A stretch of DNA of 64,000 nucleotides from Azolla caroliniana (Eukaryota; Plantae; Polypodiophyta), in assembly GCA_043228905.1 (NCBI GenBank), contig JBHGNT010000012.1, positions 13,702,001 through 13,766,000 on the forward strand, in the 5' to 3' direction. The position numbers were made by a program, and so were the translations under genes. The notes under the pieces are model-generated. The model was given only the letters and a program-made list of their open reading frames with translations, made no database searches and was not told the DNA's origin. Positions 1-13,461 of this stretch are shown here, in pieces. The number at the start of each line of letters is the position of its first letter. Within the stretch, counting starts at the first letter, position 1.

Positions 1-578
1 TAAGCGAACGTAATACGCAATTGAGGTATTGACCTCTTACACATACGACACAAATCATATATCAAATATATGGCAATTGGGGTATTGACCTCATACGCAT
101 ACATATGTACGTTTTATACAACCAATCGATTACCAATACAACATATTTTAATGATTGAAATTAAAATATAATGACACAAACATGATTAGAATGCGAGAAG
201 AAAAAATATAAAAAAAAGAAAGAAAGGAATACCGAAGTTCTTTTCTTGCTATGATTCTAGATCAAGCCCGACCGCACATCGATCGATCACCATCCAACAA
301 AAAAACAATCAACAAAAGAAATATTAGTAATTAAGGCTCCAATACCAACTATTAGAGCTAGATCCTAATGTAAGCATGAGATAAGGATAATATAGATAGA
401 TAAGAGAGGAGAGAGAGAAAGAAGGGTGTCAATCCACCCAACCACCCCCGAGCAAAGGGATCGAGGTGGACTCAAGCCTCGATCGGTGTCCAATACCACC
501 GTCGTGGCTTCGAGTCATATCTGGTGCTGGCACGCTCGCTTCAAGAGTTGATCACCACGAGAACAAAGTCTCGACATA
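1..578 (-). mobile_element. Ty3/gypsy chromovirus fragment (partial LTR, PBS and start of leader), same family as elements B and F
   Basis: The reverse complement matches the R/U5 end of the LTR at 13462-13906, a degenerate tRNA-iMet PBS (~335-348) and the GAGGTCAATACCTC hairpin units (9-101). It lies just downstream of the last identified exon of the minus-strand host gene, probably in an intron, and runs off the window edge. Confidence 0.85.
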
Positions 579-1033
579 GGGAAGAAAGTTCATTTCCAAG
601 TATCCGGCATCAATCTGGTTGTTGGTTGTTCACAACTGCATTTCACACCATTTAGTTTTTGTAAGCTAGAATAGAAAGGCAGTTTACTTTGTGACTCATG
701 CTGAGAAGAAAACATAGGCAGCTATAATTCTTTGTCAAGTCTAATAAGCATTATCATCTTTTGTAGATAGTAAATACACACATACATGCAACAGCATCCT
801 TGAGATAGGGGGATGCACAATGTGGACACACACTGAATCCGTTATGATTTCCATCATGACATGTCATTGTGTGATTGATGGCCTTCAGACTTGCCCTATA
901 CCATCGAGTATTCTGTAAAGATTTTACCCATTAGTAATCTAGTCTCAGATAATGAGTAATCACCTCCCTTTTATCCTTTGCAAAGTTTTTTACTGAAGTT
1001 TTAGAAAAAATTACTTGAATCAAAGATATTCAC

Positions 1034-1145
1034 CGGCATATAAAACTTGAAAGATTCCACAATATTTGGGATATGAAAATCCATTCATCTGAGCAAGTTG
1101 TTCAATCACCTCCCCAACTGTTGCCATTGGATCAAGATTAAGGAC
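1034..1145 (-). CDS. exon 3 of partial host gene, FERM F1/RA-like ubiquitin-fold segment
   Basis: Bounded by CAG| and |GTGAAT. Encodes VLNLDPMATVGEVIEQLAQMNGFSYPKYCGIFQVLYA (112 nt) and joins exon 2 in phase 0. Confidence 0.65.
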
Positions 1146-1549
1146 CTGGAAATGGGAAAAACAAATCAACATGTTTTGTCATTTCTTTATTAAAAATTAG
1201 GAACACATCAATCTATCTTGGATTTAATCTCTCTAGAAATAAAACTATTTTGTACTTGACAATACAACCAAATTGGTTTGGTGGTGATGTAGAGTTAGAA
1301 TCTTCTTGAGTTCAACCCTATAAATAATTTCTCACTTGCAAGAATCCTCATGATTCATAGGGAGTGTTGCATGTGATTTTGGCAAGCTACTTCCTGTCTT
1401 TGATTTATCTTAGCTGTAGGAAAGAACCACCAGAATTGCCACATTCTGATTGTGTCACATGAGCAAGATGAAGTACCACAACATAGTACCTCAGTCAATG
1501 TTGAGAGACTAGAACCTGAAGTAAACGAATCTAACTATTTACATTGTTA

Positions 1550-2329
1550 AGCTATTAAGCCATAATTTCGCGATTGAGTTAGGTTCAAACCAAACCATTG
1601 CCAGCTGCTAAAAATAATATAGGAAGTGTCTCACTAGTTGCACACTATGATTCTAAACTTAGAAAGATTGAAACTTCTGCCTTCGAAAGATTTTCCATTA
1701 GAAATACATTCCTGATACCTTATAAAGCATAGTAGCTACGAACCTAGCTTTGGTTCAAACCAAACCAAACCATTAAGCCATGGCTTAACGGTTTATCCGT
1801 CCAATATAGTTAAACAATTTGTTTTGGTTCAATTATTATTGAATATCTGGTTTTAAAACTCGGGTTTATTGGTTTATAGGTTTATAGGTTTAATAGTTTA
1901 TTGGTTTTTAGTTAACTTTTTTATTTCCTTAATGGTTTAATTGATGTTTTTTGTTTATTGATTTAATTCAGTTAACTTAAATGCTTATGTAATTTAATGG
2001 TTTGATTAATATTTTTTTAATGATTTAATTAATTTAGCTTAAATGCTAATTTAATTTAATTTAATTTAATTTAATTTTTACTTATTTGACTTTTTATTAC
2101 TTTGAATTAAATGGTTAGGTTTAAATTTTTTGTTAAATGGTTCAGTTTGGTTTCAACTTTTCCCTAAACGATTTGGCTTGAATGATTTGGTTTACCTTTT
2201 CCTAAATGGTTTAGTTTAAGTGGCTAGATAGCTCATAAACAATTTGGTTTGGTTTTTGTTTTCTATAAATGGTTCGGTTCGGTTTGGTTTGGTTTTAAGA
2301 TAAAGAAACTGAACCGAATCAGGCCCTTA
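1550..2329. mobile_element. possible PIF/Harbinger (Tourist-like) non-autonomous remnant with AAACC/GGTTT repeats
   Basis: The right end AACCGAATCAGGCCC followed by TTA (2312-2329) resembles a PIF-type TIR plus TTA target. Many AAACC/GGTTT motifs and an (AATTT)n run at ~2048-2077. No left TIR found, so the left boundary is approximate. Confidence 0.35.
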
Positions 2330-2638
2330 GTTAAAGCAGAGCATGAACTAGGAAAAATAAAGAAACATGACTTTGCCCAAAAACCTGCACCACTTGTTGA
2401 TTCTGTAAAGGAAAACTCATCTATGCAATAACAATATTTGAAAGCATGCAATGGATGTGAGATAGATTATTTTCCTCTCAAAATTTTCAGATTAGAACAT
2501 CCTAGCACTACATTCCTCTAGAAGTAAATATCTCAAAAGAAATTTATATAAGATAGATACAACTTGCAACATGAAGTACATTATTCCAAAATAATGCCAA
2601 ACAAATCACTTGTAATAGACCAAAGCCTGTGAAATCAC

Positions 2639-2689
2639 CTTGAAAGTGTCATCTGGTAAGTATATGTTCACTCTCACGCTCTCCATCTT
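2639..2689 (-). CDS. exon 2 of partial host gene (FERM F1/RA-like first strands)
   Basis: Pyrimidine-rich acceptor ttttcctttcccttatgtag| and donor |gtgatt. 51 nt encoding KMESVRVNIYLPDDTFK, phase 0 at both ends. Confidence 0.65.
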
Positions 2690-2933
2690 CTACATAAGGG
2701 AAAGGAAAACTGAAGTCAGCATCAGAAATCTGAATAAAGTTCAAGTTAGAATCAGAAAACGAAGTTTGTTATATGACACATCACCACAAAGTCTTGCTTC
2801 CATGATAGAGTTAATCATGGGTTGAAGTACACAGATTTTAATCCCTCAAGTATCATCTTGTCATGTAGGTATTAGATCAATATTAGATGGAATATTATTA
2901 AAATCATGATATCATTTAGTAGATCTATATTAT

Positions 2934-4546
2934 ATGGATTACAGATTTGGTCCTGATGCAAACAGTGTGGCTGATTATGTCATGGTAACTGATTGTGGCG
3001 AACCCACTTGCTTCAAGGAAGCAATGGACAGACAGGACAATAAGAAATGGTATAAAGCCATGTTGTCAGAGATGGAATCTCTTGAGAAAAATGACACTTG
3101 GGATTTGGTGCAGTTGCCTAAAGGGCAGAAAACACTTCCATGCAAATGGGTTTATAAAATGAAGGTCATTTCTGATTCCTCGCCAAAGTACAAAGCAAGA
3201 TTGGTTGCAAAAGGATACAAGCAGGAATATGGAGTTGATTTTGATGAGATCTTCTCACCTGTAGTCAAGATGACTACATTAAGAATTATTTTGGGCTTAG
3301 TTGCAGCTGAAGATATGGAGCTCATACAGATGGATGTGAAGGCCGCCTTTTTACATGGCAATCTGCATGAAGACATATATATGCAGCAGCCTGAAGGTTT
3401 TGTGGCTAAAGGCAAAGAGAAGATGGTTTGTAAGCTCAAAAGGAGTTTGTATGGGTTGAAACAAGCACCAAGAGAATGGTATCATAAATTTGACGCATTT
3501 ATGCAGTCTCAAGGTTTTCGTAGAAGTCAAGTGGACCACTGCTTGTACACCAAGAAGGCAGGAAGTGGCAGCCTGATTATCTTGGTTTTGTATGTTGATG
3601 ATATGTTGATTGCTGGCAAGGATATTCATGCCTTGGATTCATTGAAGCAAAGCCTTCATGGCAGCTTTGATATGAAGGATCTTGGTGATGCAAATCACAT
3701 CCTTGGCATGTGAATACTCCGAAACCGGTCGAAAGGGGTACTCTTTCTATCTCAGCAGGAGTATATCTCTAAGGTTTTCCAGCGTTTCAATATGGAGGGG
3801 GGGAAAACAATTGGGGTTCCATTGCCTCCATATTTGAAACTTAGTGCAGAAGACAGCCCTACATCTGATGATGAGAAGGCTGAAATGGCTAAGGTTCCAT
3901 ATGCTTCAGCCGTTGGCAGTTTGATATATGCGATGATTGCTACACGCCCTGATATTGCCTTTGCAGTGGGAGTGGTTAGTAGGTACATGGCAAATCCAGG
4001 CAAAAAGCATTGGGAAGCGGTGAAAGGTATTATGAGATACCTCAAAGGCACAAAGGACTTGGGCACTTGCTTTGGAAAGCAAAAGGCATCTGTCGTTGGT
4101 TTTATGGATGCGGACTATGCTGGTCACACAAACTGCAGGAAGTCTACTTCTGGGTATGTGTTTACTTTCACAGGAGGTGCGGTCTCTTGGATCTCCAGAC
4201 TACAGAAGTGTGTTGCATTGTCTACTACAGAGGCAGAGTATGTTGCTGCCACTGAGGCATGCAAAGAAGCTTTATGGTTTTCATATCTAGTGAGATATCT
4301 TGGCATTACAGAGTTACCTACTCTTCATTGTGACAGCCAGAGTGCTATCATGCTGCTCAGAATCCTGTCTTTCATGCAAAGACGAAGCACATAGAGGTGA
4401 AGTATCACTTCATCAGAGATGTACTTGATAGCAAGAACATTGAACTTGTCAAAGTACATACAAATATTAATCCTGCAGATCTTCTCACGAAGGGTCTTCC
4501 AGCTGAGCGATTTGCTCATTGCCGACAAATGATGGGAGTTGGATAG
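2934..4546 (+). mobile_element. Ty1/copia RT-RNaseH fragment (pseudogenised), intronic
   Basis: Motifs KARLVAKG, QMDVKAAFLHG, YVDDML, DADYAG..RKSTSG and STTEAEY. TGA stop at 3711-3713 and a frameshift near 4355. No LTR recognised. Confidence 0.92.
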
Positions 4547-4829
4547 ATGTATGTAGTTCAGCTTTGTACATACTTGGACTTACCCGACTTTCTTTTTCTT
4601 TTGTTTTTTCTTCTCACGGCACATTGCCTTAAGGGCCATCGTGCCTTTTATTAGTGCACAAGTGTGAACGCACTCGTAGCACACGTTTGACTTGTATATA
4701 CATAATATCTAAAAGCCAAAAAAGAGGTACACTCTTTGTACCCAAGACAACGTGCATCTCTCTCTCCCTTTGTCTCTCACTCAGACTCTCTCCCTCTGTG
4801 TTTTTGACCTAAACCCTAATCCTCATGCT

Positions 4830-5180
4830 GCCTTCAGTTATAGCACTGATATCTTGAGCTTGTCGCTTTAGACCAACCTCTTCTGCCATAACTTCTCCAT
4901 AAACAGCCTCGTTGGTGTTAAACATAGTTGTTTGTTCATCCTTCGTTCGTGCATTAAAATCTCCTAATAGTATTATGTCCCCCATAGTAGCAAATATTAT
5001 GATATCATCATTTAATGGTAGATATGGTGATTCGCCTAGAGGTGCTTGTATCTCTTGTATACTCAAATGCCTCATAGAAATAAACAATATCATTCAAGAT
5101 GAAACTATCTTGAAAAAGAGCAATCTGGGAACTATGAATCAGTTTGGAAGGTGTCCACTTACCATAGATGCAATCATCTA
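4830..5180 (-). mobile_element. LINE APE-endonuclease fragment
   Basis: DIILLGDFNART motif; homologous to the fragment at ~54840-55100. Confidence 0.75.
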
Positions 5181-6110
5181 CTAGAAAGGTTCTGAGAATC
5201 AATCAAATGTGGCCCCACGCAATGAAAAAACCCTAGCCAAGTATGCTGACAAATTACCTACAGAGAACCCCAATGTTTTGTGCAACAACCATGAGGATAC
5301 TTTAGAAGAGAAACAAAAAGTATAGCATGACTTCTATGGCCCATTCCGAGCCACATTCAAGACCAGATATGATATTTGACCACTAAGAGGGAAATGATCT
5401 GCTCACCATCTTGCAAGTGGTAGTAGAAAGGACATGAATCATCACAGTATCATCGTTGCATTAAGGACAATATACAAGGCAGGGCCAATTTCCAAGGCAG
5501 GGCGAGTTAATTTTCATTACAATACCTAGAATATTCACATCTGATTTACAACAAAATAGCAGAGCTAAGAACATGGGAGCCAAGGAGACAAAAAGGAAGA
5601 AAGAAAGAGGCCTAAAAGACCAAACAAGAGATTACATCTTGAATGTTTCTCTTCTTTGAGAACAACAAATCAAAATAGAGTAAATATAAAAGTAAAATAG
5701 ATAAAAGAAAAAAGAGACAAAAGAATCTGGTTTTCAGCACATTTGAGGTCCTCAAGTTAGATATATCATAACTTTTGTCTTTGGAAGACCTCTAGCATAG
5801 ATCAATCCAGAGGAAAGCCAAAATTTTATTATCCTTAAAGAATTTATCTTGCTTATGAACAATCTATCTAGAGAATTCAAGCTTCTCATTCGAAGGCAAT
5901 GAGAAGTACAATCAATAAAACTACAGATCTTGAGTTTTCCACAAAATGTGTCTTTAAGTACATCTACTATGGCTTTTAACAAAATCCAGATTAGAAGTCC
6001 AATACTCCTTAACACAGTGGTTGCAAAACCAGCATCAAAACACATAGTTGAAATACCCAAATCTTTGTACTTAAGGGGATTATTTAGTTCTGATTTTAAC
6101 AAGACTGGAG

Positions 6111-7021
6111 TGATAGGGATATGGAGCGGAATCGGGATGATTCGTAATACCAACTCAAGAATCAAAATAAACAACACCGCAACACAAAAAGAGAGTACAC
6201 CAAATTTTAACGTGGAAAACCCAAAAATTGGGAAAAACCACGGGAACCTTGGGTTCCAAAACAAATTCACTAATTTCTGAGTGTACAAGGCGTATATAGC
6301 CTCAAGAGTTTACTCTAGAGATATGCACTTATATTTCAAGGCTACCGCCTTGGATACAATGTTCACTCTACCAAATAAGATAAACAACCAAAAGAAAAAC
6401 CCAAAAGAAACACAAACAAGTAAACCTGTTATGAGTAAACGGAAGAGTTGCTGTGGTCCAAACAGCACCTCACTAGATCTCCGTCTTTACACTTGCAACG
6501 AGTTCTCGTTCTCGATCACCTTGTTCTCGAGCTCTCACACTTGTTCACTTGTTCACTTTTGATTTCTTGTGTCTTCTTACACACCTCTTTTTGTCGAATC
6601 TCTGTTTTCAGCCTCTTAGATATGTTTTCTTATGCACTTCGTTTTTCTCTATCTTTCTCGAAGACTTCCCTCTCAGTTTTCTGTTTTTACTCTCTGTTTT
6701 TCACTCACAAAATCAGATTGTATCACACTTGTATATTCTCTGTTTTTTTTCTGCACTCTCTTTCGTTGTCACCGTTTTTTTACGTCTGCCCCTCTTCCCT
6801 CAGCCTTGTAGGGCAACGTCCTTTTTCGAATCTGTTTTCACACCTGAACAAAACAAAACAAAAAAAAGACACACGCCCAAAAACATACAAAAAAGAAAAA
6901 GAGGAAACATACATACATACATATATATATATATTTAAATGTAACTAATTAGTTTTAAGTTGTATTCGGCGTTTAGCCGACTTAACATTGTGGGCTCCAC
7001 TTGAGTGGACAGGCCCCAACA
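6111..7021 (-). mobile_element. solo LTR (copia-type), 911 bp
   Basis: TG...CA ends and TSD TGGAG at 6106-6110 and 7022-7026. Carries the AACGTGGAAAACCC...GGGAAAAACCACG motif also present in the LTRs of C and D. Confidence 0.88.
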
Positions 7022-7195
7022 TGGAGTTCCTTTTTCAAATCATGTGAACTGATGCATATCTTAAAAGTTCGTTTTTCACAAATTGAACTCAAAAGAGAAA
7101 AGCCTAAAAAAGCAATGTAATACACAATTTATATTTTAAATCCACAATTTTTTGTTGTCACCTAACGAATCAAGTAGACGCCAGACTTTGTATAC

Positions 7196-7885
7196 CTCAT
7201 CAAGGTTAGTGTCATTTAACTTGTGTTGGTGTTTGACTCCAGAAGATCTACCAGCATAATCTTCATTAGAAATTTTAGCCCCTGGGCCTCTATGTGATGG
7301 AGCACCATATTCCAACTCCATATATGTTTGCATATCCTCCTTATTCTCTTCTTCAAGAACTTGATCATTAGATTTCGCGACTGAATATAGAAAGGAAAAA
7401 TCTTCAGGATGGATTTTCCCTTGTTCATGCTCATGTCTTACTTTTTTCTGAAATGATTTCCTTCCAAATGCTAAAAATTCTGTTCTGTCAGGTCTTTGTG
7501 GTATATTCTGCAAATTGGTCTTGCTTGTTTCTAGTTCAAGTTCCTGTTTTGATAATACTCTGGCAAATGACGGAGAATACATTAACTCTTGACTCTGAAG
7601 TTTTGTCAAATCATTCTCCACGTTGTTGATGCTCAACCTAGAAAAAAGCCTCAATGATGAACGACGGTGATTAATTATGTCACAGATCATTGATCTTTGA
7701 TCAGCGCCCTCTTCTGTAGGTGAAATGCTCTTTCGAAAAGAATTCCTAGATGTTGGATAAATAAAATCTTGCACCAAACTTTTACACCCACTCCCTAAGG
7801 GTATAGAGCTTTCATTTGGTAATACTTCACTCTGTTGTTCCCCAACTTCGGATTCATCTACATCCTGTGACTCATCATCATCCAT
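7196..7885 (-). CDS. first coding exon of partial host gene (230 aa, Ser/Glu-rich, probably disordered)
   Basis: ATG at 7885 with an in-frame stop upstream. Donor GAG|GTATAC at 7196/7195 gives 690 nt, phase 0. A likely 5'UTR acceptor lies near 8037. Confidence 0.65.
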
Positions 7886-9174
7886 AATATCAGCTAAGCT
7901 TTTGGGTGTTTCCAGTACATTTACTCAACATTTGCCACAATGTTCATAAGCAACGACACGACTACATAAATATACATCCTGTCCTCACTTAAGTGAAGCT
8001 GCTTATTTTTCACAGTATCTTCTATACATTGAATATCTGTGGCAACAAAGAACAATAACATAAGTACTACTACCCATCTTCCTTCATTAGGTTACAAATT
8101 AATGAATGTCAAAATTCTCGCTGTAACTGTGTCAAATTACACTACAACTATATTAAAGCTAGTTCAAAGCCTCTTCAATTGATTCTTTATTATAGTTCTA
8201 TATTGCAGGTTATATACTTTGACAATAGAAGAATAGCCCACCAAAAGAGGATTGTAAAAAGTAAAACAATATGCAAACCAAAAAAATTTAATATAAGAGG
8301 AGGATATTGGTATTCAGAATTCATTTTAAACCTATTCCATTCTTTCTATATTCTACCATTACAACATACGCAGACCCCTTGTTTTGCATTCCCAAATAAC
8401 AAAAGAAACCGTGTTTTCTTCAAAAAATGCGTGATTTGAGTTTCCATCAGTTTTGGTTTATACCATGACGCTCAAAAGTGTTTTATGAGTTTGAATATAG
8501 TAAAGGATAAGGAAATTTATTAAAAGCATTTGCATGAGAATGGGAAGTTAGTCAACAAATTCTCCAAACACAAGAGCAAGCACATGCATGCCTAGATTTT
8601 GGAAAATCCTAATGGGGAAACATGTAGAGAATTATGGTGACTTGTTTATGCATTGTAAGAGCTTATATAAATAATCAAACATCGAGAAGATAATAAGTTC
8701 TGGTTCTCTTTCACATATGCGTCCTTTGTTTACAATTGAACATATATGCATTTAGCTTAAGAAATTGGCGTCTCAATAGGTAAGACAGATCTTTAATGTA
8801 TAAAGGTCAAAATTCTCAGATGGAGGAAAGGAATCACATGCATAGATAAGTGATATGTTTAACAATGCATTCCAATGTGACATGCCTTATGTTTAGTGTA
8901 CTAATTGGATCAAACCTTTATATAAGGGTGAAGACGTGGATAGTGTAAACAATTATCAAACAACTATTGTCTACTTGCTTATGGCAAAATTATTTGGATG
9001 TATAATACGAATCAAAGATAAGTACATGTGCTAAAAAATCACCATAGCATCATGGATCACTTTGTCACCCTTCAAGTATTGTTATGCACCTCCCACACAT
9101 ACCATGGCTAATGAAGACATTGAAGGACACAAAGGACCATTATACTATACCTTTGATGCTTCTCCTTCCTTCAC

Positions 9175-10292
9175 TTGAAGCACTTGGCCATGTTCTGTCC
9201 CTCCTCTCAACACAGCCGAGCATCATTCCTTGAGAAAACAGGGTTCCCAAAACCTCACCGAGCATTTAAGAATCGCCTCGTCTCGCTGATTGCAGACTCG
9301 GATTTCTTGTCCAATGCTCAGAAAACCTTCGATCACATGCTTTTCAAGAGCGGGTAATCTTGGAATTCTCTCATCCATGGATATATCAGATGTGGGCATT
9401 AGTGTTTCCAACAAAAAAACTGCTTTTTGGGTAGTGCATTAGTAGATATGTATGTGAAGTGTAGATTGATTGAGAAAGCTCATCATGTATTGATTTCTCT
9501 TCCTGTAAGGGATGTAGTCATATGGACTACTGCCTTGATAGGAGGAGGATATGTCCAACATGAAAGACGTGAAGAAGCTCTCCTTTGCTTTGAAAAGATG
9601 AGACTTGAAGGAATCTCTCCCAATTCTCTTATACTTTCAGCTGTAGCCTCAAAGCGTGTGCAAGCATCAAGGCTATATATGTGGGTAAGGAAATACATGC
9701 CGAAATATCTAAACAAGGGTTGTTATTGAAAGGAGACCTTGTGCTTGGGAATGCTTTTGGTTGAAAATGCATGCTAAGTGTGGTTTGCTTAGAAAAGCTA
9801 AGGATGTGTTTGATGAATTATTAGTTCAAGATGTGGTCACTTGAACTACATTAATTGCAGGGTATGTCCAACATGGATATGGTGAGGAAGCTCTAAAATG
9901 TCTAGAACAAATGAGACGTAATCACATCTCTCCCAATTCTATCACCCTCTCCTCTCGTTTGAAAGCATGTGGTCTAATTGGAGCTAAAGATAAAGGCATA
10001 GACATCCATAACTACATCACCCGAAACGGTCTTCTCGAAAAGGATGTGGTTCTCGGCACTGCATTAGTTGACATGCGTGCCAAATGTGGATTGTTAGCTA
10101 AAGCACACAGGGTCTTCGATACGCTTCCTGTTCGAGATGTAGTCTTGTGGAACTCTCTAATCACGAGGCATGCCAAGCTTGGAGAGATCGATTGTGTGTT
10201 GTGCATTTTTGAACGAATGAGAAGAGAAGGTGGGAAACTGAATTTGATCACTTCAATAAGTGTATTGAATGCATGTAGCCATGTTGGGTTGG
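9175..10292 (+). pseudogene. PLS-class pentatricopeptide repeat (PPR) pseudogene, 3' truncated
   Basis: Repeats such as GSALVDMYVKC..EKAH..LPVRDVVIWT, LGTALVDM.AKCGLLAKAHRVFDTLPVRDVVLWNSL and VLNACSHVGL, split by stops and frameshifts. Ends at the LTR of copia A. Confidence 0.9.
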
Positions 10293-12225
10293 ACACATCC
10301 CCAAGTTAGGGCTTGAGTATATAAGCTCAACTGTAACATTGTACAGAGAGACAGTTTTACAAAAGAGAAATATAGATTCCATTAGAGCTTCAACTATGCA
10401 TGATTCTTGCTTCTTGCACATTGTTCATATTTTGCTTCTCTGTCTTGTATATGTTGTTTGCTTAACAATCACCTTGCAAGTTCTCATCTTCCGCCACACC
10501 AACATATATTCATATTCAACAATTGGTATTAGAGTGACCTTGCTATCCGGCAGCAATGAACAACAAAAAGCTGAAGAAAAGAAGTTGACTAGCTAAAAGG
10601 AGAAGACCGAGCCAACAACATCTTCCAGAAAAAACGACAACATAGTCCAACATTAGTGTGGAAATCTAGAAGTTCGATGGAAAGAACTTCGCCTTGTGGA
10701 AGGAAATGATGCAAGATGTGTTGATAATCCCGTGACAAATAGAAGCCATATGACATAATGCTTGACCTGCTTCAGTGTTAACCGGGGAGTGGAGATCCCT
10801 GGACAAAATCACTAGATCCACCATTAGAATGCACCTCCTCCCAAGGGATGAACTTTGAAGAAGAAGTTAAAGTCCTTGCCCTCCTTTCGAGCTTTGTCGG
10901 CAAGTTGGGAGGTATTCTGCACGACATTCGCGAATACATGTCCGAATCTCAATTTGGACAAGACAATCAGACAAGTTCTCACTAAGGATATTCGGTGAAA
11001 ATCAATGGGCTTCACCATCGACGAATCAGCAGAAGCCCACTACTCGGCTGATCCGATCAGATGAATCAACCAATCGAAAGATAAGCCAAAAGAATCGGCC
11101 GAAGCACCAATCAACCAAGAAGGAGGGACAATCATTAAAGGTCAAAATCAAGGAATGGCCAGTCAAACGCCTTCTACACACATTGTAGAAAGGTCGGTCA
11201 CAACATTTCTAACTGCTTGTTGATAAAAAGAAAAGAGAAAGGTTGTTGATTCAATCAGACGACAAAACAGTCTGATTCGAACCGTTCTCCTACTAGCACC
11301 CAAGTCAATGTTGCAGACTCCCGAACGGAAGAAATCCTTTCTCGAGAGGACTCTATGATCGGAGAAGTCCTATATAGTGTGCATGACACGTAACGTGGTT
11401 GCTGGACTCCGGTACCACTTTTCACGTAACCCTCGATATTGAATGACTTTCGGACTATTCGATCGGAGCTAGCAACACAGTCGAACTTGGCAACGGGCAA
11501 GAGTGTGTAATCGTAGGGATCGACAAGGTCTCCATTACATTGCTGAATGGCAATACAATCACCTGCACTGATTCCGACACGTACCGAGCTGAAGAGGAGT
11601 CTCGTCTTCATTGGCATGCTAGCCGAAACCGAGTATCAGACAACTCTAAGTGAGTCGTCATGGACGATCAGTCGGGGGAACATGAAAATCGGTTGTGGAC
11701 ACAAGTACAACAACTTGTACGCACTGATGGCAATCAATCTAGAAGGGATCATTAACATAGTCGATTCGTCATAATCAAATTTATGACATGGCTGAGTTGA
11801 CCATATGTCTCAAGCCGGATTGGACCAATTGGTAGCGATCGGCTACATCCTGAAACTCCAGATGAAGACGGACTTTTGCGAGCGTTCTCGTTACGGGAAA
11901 CAGATCCAAAGTCCACACTCTCTCCATTATGAGACAATACAACACCCCCTAGAGCTTGTACACACTAATACCTAAACAGTCTCTAGGTGGTGCCTGATAC
12001 TTCATCACATTCGTGGATGATTGTTCTTGGAAAGTTTGGGCCTATTTGATTAGGTTGAAAGACGAGGTGCTCGAGGTCTTCACTTGGTGGCTAGCCGAAG
12101 TGAAGAACCGATCATGATATAGAGTGAAGATATTTTGATCCGACAATGGAGACAAGTACACCTCTCGAGCATTCAAACAATATGTGTTTGAAAAAGGAAT
12201 CCGGCATAAGAGAACCGTTTCATAC

Positions 12226-12680
12226 TGTAAAGAATCGGATATGATATTGTGCAACGGAAGAGATGTGTGTTATGTGTATGTGTGAGAGGAAAGAGATGAG
12301 AGAAGAGAGAACACAAGATAGATTAGATAGAATGGAAAATAGAATACTCAAGAAGAAGGTGTATATTCACAAGGAGAATATGAGATACAAAAATGTAGCA
12401 TTACAAGGAGTCACAACCAACTTAGTATGAAGTAGGAGGAGGGTGCTTTATGTAGTCACCCTCTCTCTTCATTAACTAACTACAACAACCACTCTCTTGG
12501 GGAATGTGAAGACCCATTAGTCATGGGGAATATGAAACCCATTAGTTATGTGTCATAGAATATGGTTCTACAACACATAGTTAATGTGCAGAGAGTGGTA
12601 TGACTCTTGACCTTTGAGTGCTCATAGATGCTCAAAGGGTGTGTTCACACACAATGTTAGGTTGACCTTGATTCTCAACA
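12226..12680 (-). mobile_element. solo LTR, 455 bp, inserted in the integrase of copia A
   Basis: TG...CA ends and TSD CATAC at 12221-12225 and 12681-12685. Integrase sequence is continuous once the insert is removed. Confidence 0.9.
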
Positions 12681-13461
12681 CATACTCTCCCATGTAGAAT
12701 GGCATGGCGGAACACATGAACCAGACAATCCAAGAGAGAGTGGCGGCAATGCTCCAACATTCCAGACTCAAGCTCGAATTCTAGGCTAAGGCAATATAGA
12801 CGGTTGTCTACTTAATAAATCTATTGCCATCGAGAGTAATGTGGCTCGAACTGCCATAGTCACTATGGTTCGGCAAAATGTCAAACTACGATAGGCCTCG
12901 AATTTTCAGAAGTGAAGCCTAGGTCTTTATCCCCAAGGAGAAGAGTACCAAGCTAGCGCTCTATGCACTTAAGTGCATATTTCTCGGTTATGGAACCGAT
13001 GGGGACTTCGGCTATAGACTATGGGATCCGGAGAATTGGAAACTAATCCAGAGTAGCGACATTGTCTTCAATGAAGACTCCATACTCTCTAGATGGACCC
13101 AGCCAAAAATCGGCAAAAGAGTCTCATTCGACTTATCGAATGAAAACGAGCCAACAAACCAAGCCGATTCGACGATTCGACAAACAGTCGAAGTCGACCT
13201 AGCCAGTGATCCCCTTGTCGAATCTGAATTGGCAAGAGGTCCACTAGTCGACTAAGAGATTGACAAGGGCTGAATCGGCAAAGATAGCCACAAGGGCTGA
13301 AGAGGGAAAATTGGCAAGAACCGGTAAAGCCAAAGGATGGCGATCGAAAAAAACTGAATTGACTGACTATGGCAAAGCTAAAAAGGGCAAAGTTGAAACA
13401 AACAGAGTTGAATCAACCAACTCGCCCAAATCAGTTAAGGTATTGAAAGGTTGAGCCGAGC

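Noticed and set aside
580-1000. next exon of the FERM-like gene
   Set aside because: Candidate acceptors near 636 and 993 give early stops or too short an intron; the continuation is probably outside the window.
4810-4820. telomeric repeat or telo-box AAACCCTAA (also ~55538)
   Set aside because: Single copies at TE junctions inside introns; no array and no promoter context.
5752-6948. ORFs of 93-178 aa in the ORF track
   Set aside because: They overlap a TSD-flanked solo LTR and are low-complexity with no recognisable domain.
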